IMG/VR virus record: IMGVR_UViG_2671181056_000008
Span: 1-17,177 of that record
Length of the DNA stretch: 17,177 bases
Reading direction: 5' to 3' (one strand)
Origin: a virus
Taxonomy: Duplodnaviria; Heunggongvirae; Uroviricota; Caudoviricetes
Shown in pieces: positions 8,174 through 15,511 of this stretch (the first letter of the stretch is position 1; the number at the start of each line of letters is the position of its first letter). The position numbers were made by a program, and so were the translations under genes. Below the pieces are notes generated by a model. That model did no database searches and was not told the DNA's origin. It worked only from the letters and a program-made list of their open reading frames with translations.

Positions 8174-9859
8174 TCATTTAACGCGTTTGAAAACGTATAC
8201 GCTGACTGTGATCCCTGTGTCTTCAAACTCGTTGGTAAACGACTTCCCTCTGGCATAAACGTAATTATCCATCGTCATCCAGTCCAGTATTGGCGCAGTG
8301 CCCGGCAATACTGCTACAAGACGCCCGCCGACTTTCAGATGCCCCAGCGCAGCCAGCGTGTGCTCTCTATGACGACCAAGCGAGTACGGCGGGTTCATAA
8401 CGATTTTGTCGAACTGATAACCTGCGTTGTCCTCAGACCACTTTATGAAGTCGCAGCAAATCGTGTTCGTATACCCTTTTCCACGCAGGATATCAGCGAA
8501 GAGAGGTGCGATTTCTATGCAGGTAACATCTTCCAGATCGGCGTTAATATAGGCCAGAAGATCCCCACGTCCGGCTTGAGGCTCCAACAGCTTCTCACCA
8601 GGCTTCAATTCAGTGGCTCTGGCAACGTACTCAGCAATCAAGCGTGGGGTAGGGTAGAACTGGTGTGATTTTGTATCCGGTATTAAACCGGTAGCCACAA
8701 TCGTATTTAGCGTATGGCCGATCTCATACGGGAACTGCCAGTGCTTTTTCTCCTGCACGCCGCCAATGAAGCTCAGTGTGCGCTCAAGCTCTTCCACCTG
8801 CGACTTCTGGAGAGCTGAATCAGAGAAGTACCATACGCCTTTGTCTTTGCTCAATCGCCCGTCACGAAGCGCAGTGCGAACCGGCACGGAGATCGTCTTC
8901 TGGATTAACCCGAACTGCTTTGGTGCCCGTGTTTTTGGCGCAGTTCGGCATGGCGCGGGGATTGCAGCAGGCATACTGTAAGCCAGCACCTCATTCAACT
9001 TCCAGGCCACGTCAGGATGTATTTCAAAGTGAACGTTGCCGTTCTTGAACATCTTCACGCGCATCAGATTTCCATCGACGTTCATCCAGTCACCGGTCTG
9101 GCAGTCGTTTGCCCGATACGCAGCTGATAGCACCTCAGCAGTGCGGTTGATGGTAATAAATTCTTTGTGCGCGAAGAAATGAAGCAAGACACGCAGATCG
9201 TCGATGTAGTCCTCTTTGCGATAGTTCACGCTAACGCTGTCACGCCAGAAATCAGAAATGCAGTCAGCGATTATCAGACGCTCGCTGAAACCGTTTGTCT
9301 TATTTGTCTTGTGCGCAGGACTCAGCGCCTTAAACAAGCCATACACGCGCTCAGAGAGATATTTGTGCCTGTCATTCAGCAAATTAAGCATCGTTGGTAT
9401 GACCGTTTCTGCTTTGAACTCCGGTACACCAACGAACTCTTTAACCTTCATCTGATAGCCGGTTCTGTCAGTTTTGATGACTTCCTGCTTGCCCTCGATA
9501 AATAGCTCACGCCACTCGTCGCGACGGGAAGCTGGCATGATCAGCAGAACGTTAGTCATATCCGTAACCTTCCTCCAGTACTCGGCCCAAATATTCTGTT
9601 TCACCCATTCCAGATCGACGTTATCCAGCCAGACTCGATTCAAACGTGAGCGATCTTCATCTGGTCGGTGGTTTAGTCGAAGCAGGCGATTAATCATGTT
9701 GTGGCGTTCATCGCCATAAACGAAGTCGTGTACCTGATACATGAAGGAGATCTCTTTCTCGCACTCGGCCACAATTTCGTGGATGACGTTCATTTCCTGT
9801 CGATAGTCGATAGCAGTGTTTGAGCTGGCATCGCCCATGATGGAAAGGGCTGTATTCAT
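8174..9859 (-). CDS. two-domain protein with C-terminal N6-adenine DNA methyltransferase domain
   Basis: 561 aa; FYPTP, then SAM-binding EPQAGRGDLL, then NPPY about 70 residues later (gamma-like motif order), only about 55 residues after NPPY; N-terminal 400 aa unassigned. Confidence 0.85.
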   Translation of the reverse strand: MNTALSIMGDASSNTAIDYRQEMNVIHEIVAECEKEISFMYQVHDFVYGDERHNMINRLLRLNHRPDEDRSRLNRVWLDNVDLEWVKQNIWAEYWRKVTDMTNVLLIMPASRRDEWRELFIEGKQEVIKTDRTGYQMKVKEFVGVPEFKAETVIPTMLNLLNDRHKYLSERVYGLFKALSPAHKTNKTNGFSERLIIADCISDFWRDSVSVNYRKEDYIDDLRVLLHFFAHKEFITINRTAEVLSAAYRANDCQTGDWMNVDGNLMRVKMFKNGNVHFEIHPDVAWKLNEVLAYSMPAAIPAPCRTAPKTRAPKQFGLIQKTISVPVRTALRDGRLSKDKGVWYFSDSALQKSQVEELERTLSFIGGVQEKKHWQFPYEIGHTLNTIVATGLIPDTKSHQFYPTPRLIAEYVARATELKPGEKLLEPQAGRGDLLAYINADLEDVTCIEIAPLFADILRGKGYTNTICCDFIKWSEDNAGYQFDKIVMNPPYSLGRHREHTLAALGHLKVGGRLVAVLPGTAPILDWMTMDNYVYARGKSFTNEFEDTGITVSVYVFKRVK

Positions 9860-9962
9860 AATTGCACCATTAAGAAATGATTTGTTTAATGATGCAATTA
9901 TTTCAAAAATAAAAAGGTGCTAAATAGAAATTAACAGGCAATACTTAAAATAAAGGCATTGA

Positions 9963-10864
9963 CTAATCATACTTGGATGTATTTATAACCAGGACTTTAT
10001 TTGTATATAGTTTTTTTACATTCCATGTAACATTACTTGAATACCATTCACCATTATATATTTGGTTTCCCGTTGCGCCTGTCATTGTTACGTATACAGG
10101 TCTGTCGTAAGGTGTTCGTCTATAGTTATATACTCCAACCATTGCAGGCATTATCGCACACGGGTATCCCATATTTATGGTAAATTGAGGATTTGTAATA
10201 GTGATAATCTCTGCATCAAGGGGCATCATCTCACCGTGATATACCATTTTACCTGCGCTATTATACATGGCAATACCATATCCTGAATGTGGTAACACCA
10301 TATCAGAAAAAGCATAAACTGTTATCGTTCCGGGGTTTCCTCCAACCTGATTCAGTCTGAGAACATTATACCCATCTCTAAATTCATGAACGAACATCAT
10401 ATTCGCCTTATTACTGCTTTTTATAAAGAAAAAACATGATTTGTTCGACGGTATTGAAGTCTTAAAAACAGAACCTTTAGACGTGGACATTGTCCCCCTA
10501 TTAATCAAATTTTGCGGTGTAAATTCTGGACTCATCCACACATTACCATTTGACTGAGTAATTGACATCCCGAACATTATTGTTATCCCCAATATGTATA
10601 TATATAAGATCCAAGTCCCTTGTATAAATTTGACCAACTTACTGTATTGCCGTTAATAGTGATAGTTGGTGTAGGTATATTTACATGGTTATCGTTATTT
10701 AAAGGCATCAATGAGCACACAGCATGTAATGATTTGCCAGGTGGTGGATTTGGGTAAGTCTTAGAGCCTGACGTGGTTGTAAATCGATCAAGAAAAAAAA
10801 TAGGAGTAAGGAAGCCGGTAACGTTAACTCCCTTATTATTGTAGATCCCTGTACCGTATGCCAT
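9963..10864 (-). pseudogene. AT-rich gene split into two frames at a (TA)5 tract
   Basis: Frame A (10583..10864, 93 aa) has a good ribosome-binding site; frame B (9963..10637) continues 200+ aa from a TTG. Frames differ by one nt and the (TA)5 tract at 10597-10606 lies in the overlap; removing one TA fuses them. Confidence 0.4.
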
Positions 10865-10890
10865 TTTTCATCCTTGTTTTTATCAACATA

Positions 10891-10914
10891 ATATGGCCGA
10901 TCATGCGGCCATAT
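10891..10914. terminator. inverted repeat ATATGGCCG-N6-CGGCCATAT, candidate terminator
   Basis: 9-bp perfect stem with 6-nt loop, 4 nt after the 10919 stop; followed on the minus strand by a T-rich stretch. Confidence 0.45.
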
Positions 10915-10918
10915 CAGA

Positions 10919-11488
10919 TCAATTAGAGCTTTGAAAGGCTTTGTGTGGCTGTGTTGCGAGGTTATGTCGATGGCTTAACTCACGCATCATGTCTTCAAGG
11001 CGACTCTTTGTGTCGTCGAGTTGGTCAGCCATTGCTCCTAAAAGCTGACGAACTACCATCGGATCGTCGCTGTTTAGTGATGGCATTTTATAACCCGCCT
11101 GAGAAGACATCAGATTGAATGCTGACATCAACATCGTTAGAGAGGATTTAAGCCCGGCAATTTCACGATCTTTGCTGGCAATAATCGTCTCACTTTTGTT
11201 ACTGTCATGAGTTCCTTGAGTCTCGATCACCATATCCAAAGTCTCTTGCAACTTATCAGCTCTCTGTTTTTCAGCAAGATAATGAACACCGAAATGATGT
11301 GCTAAAGCTACAACCTGAGTTGGCTCTTCAAAGGTGGACTCAAAATTAAGTGCTGTAACCACTCTCTCAAAAATGGAAACGTCTTCTATTCCTCGAAGAA
11401 TGGCTAACATTTTGACAAGTTCATTAGCATCCATTTCTTCGAATAGGGCGTTTTGTTCATCAGCTATTGCTTTGCATTTCTCGCACAT
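10919..11488 (-). CDS. hypothetical protein, 189 aa
   Basis: ATG at 11488 preceded by AAGGAAAACAT; leader carries the palindrome at 11507-11519. Confidence 0.6.
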   Translation of the reverse strand: MCEKCKAIADEQNALFEEMDANELVKMLAILRGIEDVSIFERVVTALNFESTFEEPTQVVALAHHFGVHYLAEKQRADKLQETLDMVIETQGTHDSNKSETIIASKDREIAGLKSSLTMLMSAFNLMSSQAGYKMPSLNSDDPMVVRQLLGAMADQLDDTKSRLEDMMRELSHRHNLATQPHKAFQSSN

Positions 11489-11506
11489 ATGTTTTCCTTA
11501 ATGCTT

Positions 11507-11522
11507 AAACAAGTTGTTTTCT
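11507..11522. promoter_or_regulatory. palindrome AAACAAGTTGTTT (operator-like), copy 3
   Basis: Perfect 13-bp palindrome 19 nt upstream of the 11488 start; the 16-mer aaacaagttgttttct is identical to 12236-12251. Confidence 0.5.
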
Positions 11523-11627
11523 TATTGGCTTTATTGTGATGTGGCATAAAAGGGGAGCAAGCTAAACGTAAAGGTGCAAACTCTCTATTTCGGTCAACGA
11601 AACACAATGGCCATTTGACCCTTGTCA

Positions 11628-11786
11628 TTAACACGTTGCTTTACGGACTAGCGGATAAGCGAAGTAGATCGCCAGACCAATGAGGACGCCATCAGAAATG
11701 ACAGACATCATCTTTCCCGTAAAATCCACCAACACCGCCATCACCAGAAGAGCAATGACGGTCACAAGCCGGAATCTCTCAAGCAT
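11628..11786 (-). CDS. small hydrophobic peptide, 52 aa, two predicted TM helices (not in ORF track)
   Basis: ATG at 11786 overlaps the TerB-like stop (TAATG); hand translation gives MLERFRLVTVIALLVMAVLVDFTGKMMSVISDGVLIGLAIYFAYPLVRKATC, stop at 11628-11630. Confidence 0.4.
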   Translation of the reverse strand: MLERFRLVTVIALLVMAVLVDFTGKMMSVISDGVLIGLAIYFAYPLVRKATC

Positions 11787-12211
11787 TAGAGATAAGCATC
11801 CAGTGACAACTGAAGCGCCTGGGCGATCTTTTTCAGCGCCTGCTCTTCTGGTTCATCAATGCCGTCTTGGTCGGCAATATCAAGGCACAGACAAAGTACA
11901 TCTACTGCATCATCAGTCCCGGCCACATCCGCCAGCTCACGTAAAGCCTGGGCATTAGCACGGCGCGGTGAGGCTTCGTATTGAGCGCGGATATTGGCGC
12001 TCATCTGGGCTATCTCACCAGCAAAAGGAGAAAATGCAGGCAGAGCTGCAATTGTTTTCTCAAGAATGGAAATTTCTTTTGCATCGCATGTACCGTTGGC
12101 ATAGGAGATCATGTACCCACCCCACACGGTGGCTTCAACCGCATCACGGTTCTCCATTTTTTTGACTTCGATAACTGCTTTACGAGTTTTCTTTTTGAAG
12201 AAACCTAACAT
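11786..12211 (-). CDS. TerB-like domain protein
   Basis: 141 aa; MLGFFKKK N-terminus and C-terminal DIADQDGIDEPEEQALKKIAQALQL resemble tellurite-resistance TerB as recalled; ATG behind AAGGAAAACAC. Confidence 0.6.
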   Translation of the reverse strand: MLGFFKKKTRKAVIEVKKMENRDAVEATVWGGYMISYANGTCDAKEISILEKTIAALPAFSPFAGEIAQMSANIRAQYEASPRRANAQALRELADVAGTDDAVDVLCLCLDIADQDGIDEPEEQALKKIAQALQLSLDAYL

Positions 12212-12235
12212 GTGTTTTCCTTTTGTTATTGGTCA

Positions 12236-12251
12236 AAACAAGTTGTTTTCT
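12236..12251. promoter_or_regulatory. palindrome AAACAAGTTGTTT (operator-like), copy 4
   Basis: Perfect 13-bp palindrome 25 nt upstream of the TerB-like start; same 16-mer as copy 3. Confidence 0.5.
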
Positions 12252-12304
12252 AGTTAAATAAATTGCTTACGCAAAGACGGTCAATGCATATGCACTAACA
12301 ACCG

Positions 12305-12493
12305 TCAGAAATAACCAAGTACCGAACCGACTGGAAAAATAAAAATCCCAACTACACGAGCCAAGGTCATGCCAGCCTGAAACTGGAGATCGCCAGAGCA
12401 AACAAGTTTTATAATGTTCGATACCCAACCGGCGGCCATGAGGGCAAGAATTGCCAGCCAAATTTTTCCAAAGTGATTTGAAAACCAGTTCAT
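12305..12493 (-). CDS. small membrane protein, 62 aa, two predicted TM helices
   Basis: Two hydrophobic segments (IWLAILALMAAGWV, VVGIFIFPVGSVLGYF); ATG overlaps the stop of the 12490..12741 frame (ATGA) and lies 9 nt after the 12503 stop. Confidence 0.5.
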   Translation of the reverse strand: MNWFSNHFGKIWLAILALMAAGWVSNIIKLVCSGDLQFQAGMTLARVVGIFIFPVGSVLGYF

Positions 12494-12502
12494 ACAACCG
12501 CC

Positions 12503-12997
12503 TTAGTCACAGCATGATCCTGAGTAACTGGATGAACTTGAGGTATCGCATCCACCGTCATCCCATCCAGAGTGACAGGTCGCTCTACTGGAGTGGTGGT
12601 AATTGTCGTCGACGGAGGTGTGGTGATGGATGAATCCGGCATCAAAAGGCTCTGACCGGCTGGAACGGCTACCGTCGCCAGTGAAACTATAATGAGAACG
12701 TAGGCCATTGGTTTCAGCCTCTTTCTTTGAAAATTTTCCATTCGAACTGTCCTTGTTGTTTTTCTCCTTCACTAAAGGCCGTGCATTTTTCGCTTCGCGT
12801 GAAGAACCAGAGGCAACAATCGCCCACACGTTCGCAACAACTGACGCTTGATTATCTAAACGTTCATTCAGCAACCGAACGGTAGTCTCTAGTTCATCAA
12901 GGCGTGACATAACACGACCGCTAAATAATTCGGCCAAAATTTGACGTAAAGAACGAGGACGTTTAGTTACAGAAGTGAAATAGGTTTGACGTGCCAT
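12503..12997 (-). CDS. hypothetical protein, 165 aa, with a second signal-peptide ORF nested out of frame
   Basis: ATG at 12997 behind GGAG; N-terminal 60 aa protein-like, C-terminal half Ser-rich low complexity and overlapped by 12490..12741 (signal-peptide-like MAYVLIIVSLATVAVPAGQSLL). Which frame is expressed is unresolved. Confidence 0.45.
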   Translation of the reverse strand: MARQTYFTSVTKRPRSLRQILAELFSGRVMSRLDELETTVRLLNERLDNQASVVANVWAIVASGSSREAKNARPLVKEKNNKDSSNGKFSKKEAETNGLRSHYSFTGDGSRSSRSEPFDAGFIHHHTSVDDNYHHSSRATCHSGWDDGGCDTSSSSSYSGSCCD

Positions 12998-13026
12998 GTG
13001 GACTCCATCCAGTGTCATAAAGAGTT

Positions 13027-13048
13027 GCGGCTGGCAATCGCCAGCCGC
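13027..13048. terminator. GC-rich hairpin, candidate terminator or attenuator
   Basis: 9-bp stem gcggctggc / gccagccgc with 4-nt loop, immediately upstream of the 12503..12997 gene; U-tract weak on the minus strand, better (CTTTCTCGTT) on the plus strand. Confidence 0.4.
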
Positions 13049-13142
13049 CTTTCTCGTTCCATCCTGGAACTGTGTCTTACCGACACATTGTCATCCTGAC
13101 GCCGATAAGATACATGATTTATAATGATAGGTAAACACTTAC

Positions 13143-13736
13143 TTACTGTTTGTTATAAACAAAACCAATATCTTTCTTGTGAGGCATATCTGCTGCTGAA
13201 AAAGCTGCGATCTTCGCGAGTCGATCACATATTTCATTTTCACGATGCCCGGCGTGACCTTTAACCCACTTCCAGCGAACATTATGTCGACTTGCGGCCT
13301 CATCCAGACGCTTCCACAGATCAACATTCTTTACCGGTTTTTTGTCAGAAGTCATCCATCCATTGCGTTTCCACCATTTCATCCACTGTGTCATGCCGTT
13401 TTTCAGATACTGGCTATCAGAGTGCAAAATAACGTTGCATGGATATTTCAAACGCTCCAGCCCGATAAGTGCCCCCATCATCTCCATGCGGTTATTGGTG
13501 GTGCTATGAAAACCATCTGAGAACTCGCGTTCCTCGCCACGATACTGGAGAACGATACCGTAACCGCCCGGGCCACCCGGATTTTTAAGGCAAGAGCCAT
13601 CACTAAAGATTTTCACGGTTTTAAGCTGGGGATTGAACTCTACGACAGGCGTTGTGGGATTGGTGCGGGGAGAATTTTTGTTTTTGTCTTTTTTGCGAGT
13701 TTTTGCTTGCGGTCGGGCTGGTGTCTTCGTTGTCAT
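13143..13736 (-). CDS. rnhA: ribonuclease HI homologue with basic N-terminal extension
   Basis: 197 aa from ATG at 13736 (AGGAG upstream); core [17 protein letters not shown]...TNNRMEMMG...HSDSQY...[11 protein letters not shown] aligns closely to E. coli RnhA; about 40-residue Lys/Arg/Pro-rich N-terminal extension. Confidence 0.9.
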   Translation of the reverse strand: MTTKTPARPQAKTRKKDKNKNSPRTNPTTPVVEFNPQLKTVKIFSDGSCLKNPGGPGGYGIVLQYRGEEREFSDGFHSTTNNRMEMMGALIGLERLKYPCNVILHSDSQYLKNGMTQWMKWWKRNGWMTSDKKPVKNVDLWKRLDEAASRHNVRWKWVKGHAGHRENEICDRLAKIAAFSAADMPHKKDIGFVYNKQ

Positions 13737-14317
13737 ATAAACTCCTGAATCAAGCGCCGCGCCGATTTTTCCTCGCGCGTGCGCACACGCGTGCGTGTTA
13801 ATAATTATTAAAATAAACAAATTACTTCCCAGAACAGGTTTTTATAAACCTGAACTGAACGAACGAAGTGAGTGAAGTTCACCTCGAACGAAGTGAGAGG
13901 TTGTCTTTTCAGGTAATACTCTCCCAGGGAGGTGAGTATAAAATTCCTCACCAACCTGGTCGTTTCATAACCTGAAAAGCTATGGTCTAAGTCTACTGCC
14001 AGCTTAGACTTGGGAAGTTATGGATGACAGCACCCCAGAACCGAGATCTTCCCACACTTTATGAAGGGGAGTACTGGATTCAACCTCTCGAAACACCCCA
14101 GACTCGACAATCATAAAGTGACCCTTGTCTCCGCTCACTTTGGTTCCCCCTTCCCCGACACCTAAACGGCACCGGTTCTACGCTGGTAGTGAGCTTTTTT
14201 AAACCTGACGCCAGTGACGCTTACCCCCACCCATCAGGTCGAGTCTCCAGTCTACGACTGGAAACTATCAGATCTTAGCACTTACAATTCATCTTATGAA
14301 TAGTTTGTACTTATCTA
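13737..14317. other. 580-bp ORF-free structured region (candidate ncRNA, origin or regulatory hub)
   Basis: No ORF of 60 aa or more; 25-nt alternating purine-pyrimidine tract (13774-13798), 14-bp AT palindrome (13798-13811), 13-bp direct repeat (13860-13872, 13885-13897), several hairpins, repeated CACCCCAGA, two AGATCT sites. Confidence 0.4.
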
Positions 14318-14548
14318 TCATTTCGATTGATTATTTTCTCGACCATGTAGTTGAACATTCAAGGCAAACACCTCGTTGATCAACTCACCTAAAAGCTGTT
14401 CAACAAGTTCGCGATGCTCCCCAAGATGCAAGCACTTAATTGCCCACTCGTACAAGTTGAAAGCCTGCTCACGATCTTTCATCATTTCACGAGCCTGGGC
14501 CAGAAAATCGCTGTCTACGAGCGCAACGACATTAGTCGGGTATGACAT
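14318..14548 (-). CDS. hypothetical protein, 76 aa
   Basis: ATG at 14548 (MSYPTN) preceded by AAGGAA; the upstream ATG at 14572 has no ribosome-binding site. Confidence 0.5.
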   Translation of the reverse strand: MSYPTNVVALVDSDFLAQAREMMKDREQAFNLYEWAIKCLHLGEHRELVEQLLGELINEVFALNVQLHGRENNQSK

Positions 14549-14652
14549 GTTGGTTTCCTTAAAGTGGTTCATAAAATCGATTTTAAAGCGTCTGGGAAGG
14601 GGGTCTAGTGGATTCTGTAGTGATGTTCAGGTCTGGAGTCTCTGATACAAAA

Positions 14653-14714
14653 CAGCCTGCTTCCGTATATTAATAATTAATATGTAGTTATTTATATATA
14701 TACAGAAGCAGGCT
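14653..14714. terminator. long inverted repeat with AT-rich palindromic loop, candidate terminator plus promoter
   Basis: 10-bp stem agcctgcttc (14653-14662) / gaagcaggct (14705-14714); loop holds a 17-bp palindrome ATATTAAT-A-ATTAATAT and a (TA)5 tract; followed on the minus strand by GTTTTGTATC. Confidence 0.45.
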
Positions 14715-14735
14715 AATTACAGACGCCAGAACAAA

Positions 14736-15329
14736 CTAAGCAGCCTTCTTTGATGGTCTTTTTTTCCTGATCACATTCGCAGGATCATACCCTCCCAGAC
14801 TTTTCATGACGTCCAAAGGGATCTTGCTTATAGAGTGCCCAGCGTCCTGACAGAATCCTCGAAAAACAACGAGCATACTGCCACCGGGGTTGATGTTTAC
14901 TTCTACCTGACCCAAATTGACGTCAGGCTCGACAAACGCTACGCGGCCACCAGACAGAATAATCGTCTCATTCGCATACTCTGTTGCACGCTCATACCAC
15001 TTTGTATCGAGGGATTGAGGAATTAGCATCACTGTAGTAACTCCGCGAGCCTGCTCACGTATAGCAGCATCAATCCAGGGGGAGATTTTGGAGTAGGGTG
15101 GATTGAGGAAGGCAATTGTACCTGGCTGTCCCCATTCAGATTTCAAAGCATCACGCTCAATGCCTATGAAATTAGGCAGCTTTGCGTTGTCCTTGTTGCA
15201 GGCAACGTCAACATCAAATGTCACTCCAAGATAACGTTGAATGGCAGAAAACAGCCAATCAGGTGTTCTCCAGAGGTCACGAAGAGAGTTGTCGCGCTTT
15301 CGCTGTTTGATTTTTTCGGCTGCAATCAT
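14736..15329 (-). CDS. phage-type DNA N6-adenine methyltransferase (Dam family)
   Basis: 197 aa; WRTPDWLF near the N-terminus and NPPYS catalytic motif, typical of the small phage Dam family. Confidence 0.85.
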   Translation of the reverse strand: MIAAEKIKQRKRDNSLRDLWRTPDWLFSAIQRYLGVTFDVDVACNKDNAKLPNFIGIERDALKSEWGQPGTIAFLNPPYSKISPWIDAAIREQARGVTTVMLIPQSLDTKWYERATEYANETIILSGGRVAFVEPDVNLGQVEVNINPGGSMLVVFRGFCQDAGHSISKIPLDVMKSLGGYDPANVIRKKRPSKKAA

Positions 15330-15396
15330 CTTCTTTCTCGATAGGTAAGTAAATACCTATTTTTGCATTTGATTTTATGTATGGCAATCAAATAAA

Positions 15397-15471
15397 ACGC
15401 GCCAGAAATGCGAACAAGAAGCTCTCTGGCGCGTTTTTTTGGTGCTGGGTATGGGTTATCTTACCCAGCAC
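15397..15471. terminator. tandem hairpins: bidirectional terminator candidate plus a second GC hairpin
   Basis: Stem acgcgccag (15397-15405) / ctggcgcgt (15426-15434) followed by T7 on the plus strand and by TTTTATTTGATT on the minus strand; second hairpin gtgctgggta (15442-15451) / tacccagcac (15462-15471). Confidence 0.5.
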
Positions 15472-15511
15472 TATAAAGCTCTCTATGGGCTTTATTTTCA
15501 GTAGGGGAACG

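Noticed and set aside
12267-12497. 76-aa ORF 12267..12497 overlapping the 62-aa membrane-protein ORF in another frame
   Set aside because: The 62-aa frame gives a coherent two-helix membrane protein with translational coupling; the alternative frame has no start signal.
12490-12997. Spanin-like (Rz/Rz1) interpretation of the nested gene pair
   Set aside because: The nested product has a signal-peptide-like segment but no lipobox cysteine, the outer product has no N-terminal TM helix, and no holin or endolysin is nearby.
13089-13130. Plus-strand promoter (TATAAT at about 13122 with an upstream TTGTCA) antisense to the RNase HI gene
   Set aside because: The -35 to -10 spacing is about 26 bp for TTGTCA and only a weak alternative -35 exists.
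14130-14200. tRNA or tRNA-like attachment site (ggttccccc segment and nearby stems)
   Set aside because: No T-loop consensus, no acceptor-stem/CCA arrangement and no cloverleaf could be drawn; the island boundary by apbC also lacks a tRNA.
13143-14317. Retron-like arrangement (structured non-coding region next to a nucleic-acid enzyme)
   Set aside because: The adjacent enzyme is RNase HI, not a reverse transcriptase; no RT motifs occur anywhere in the window.
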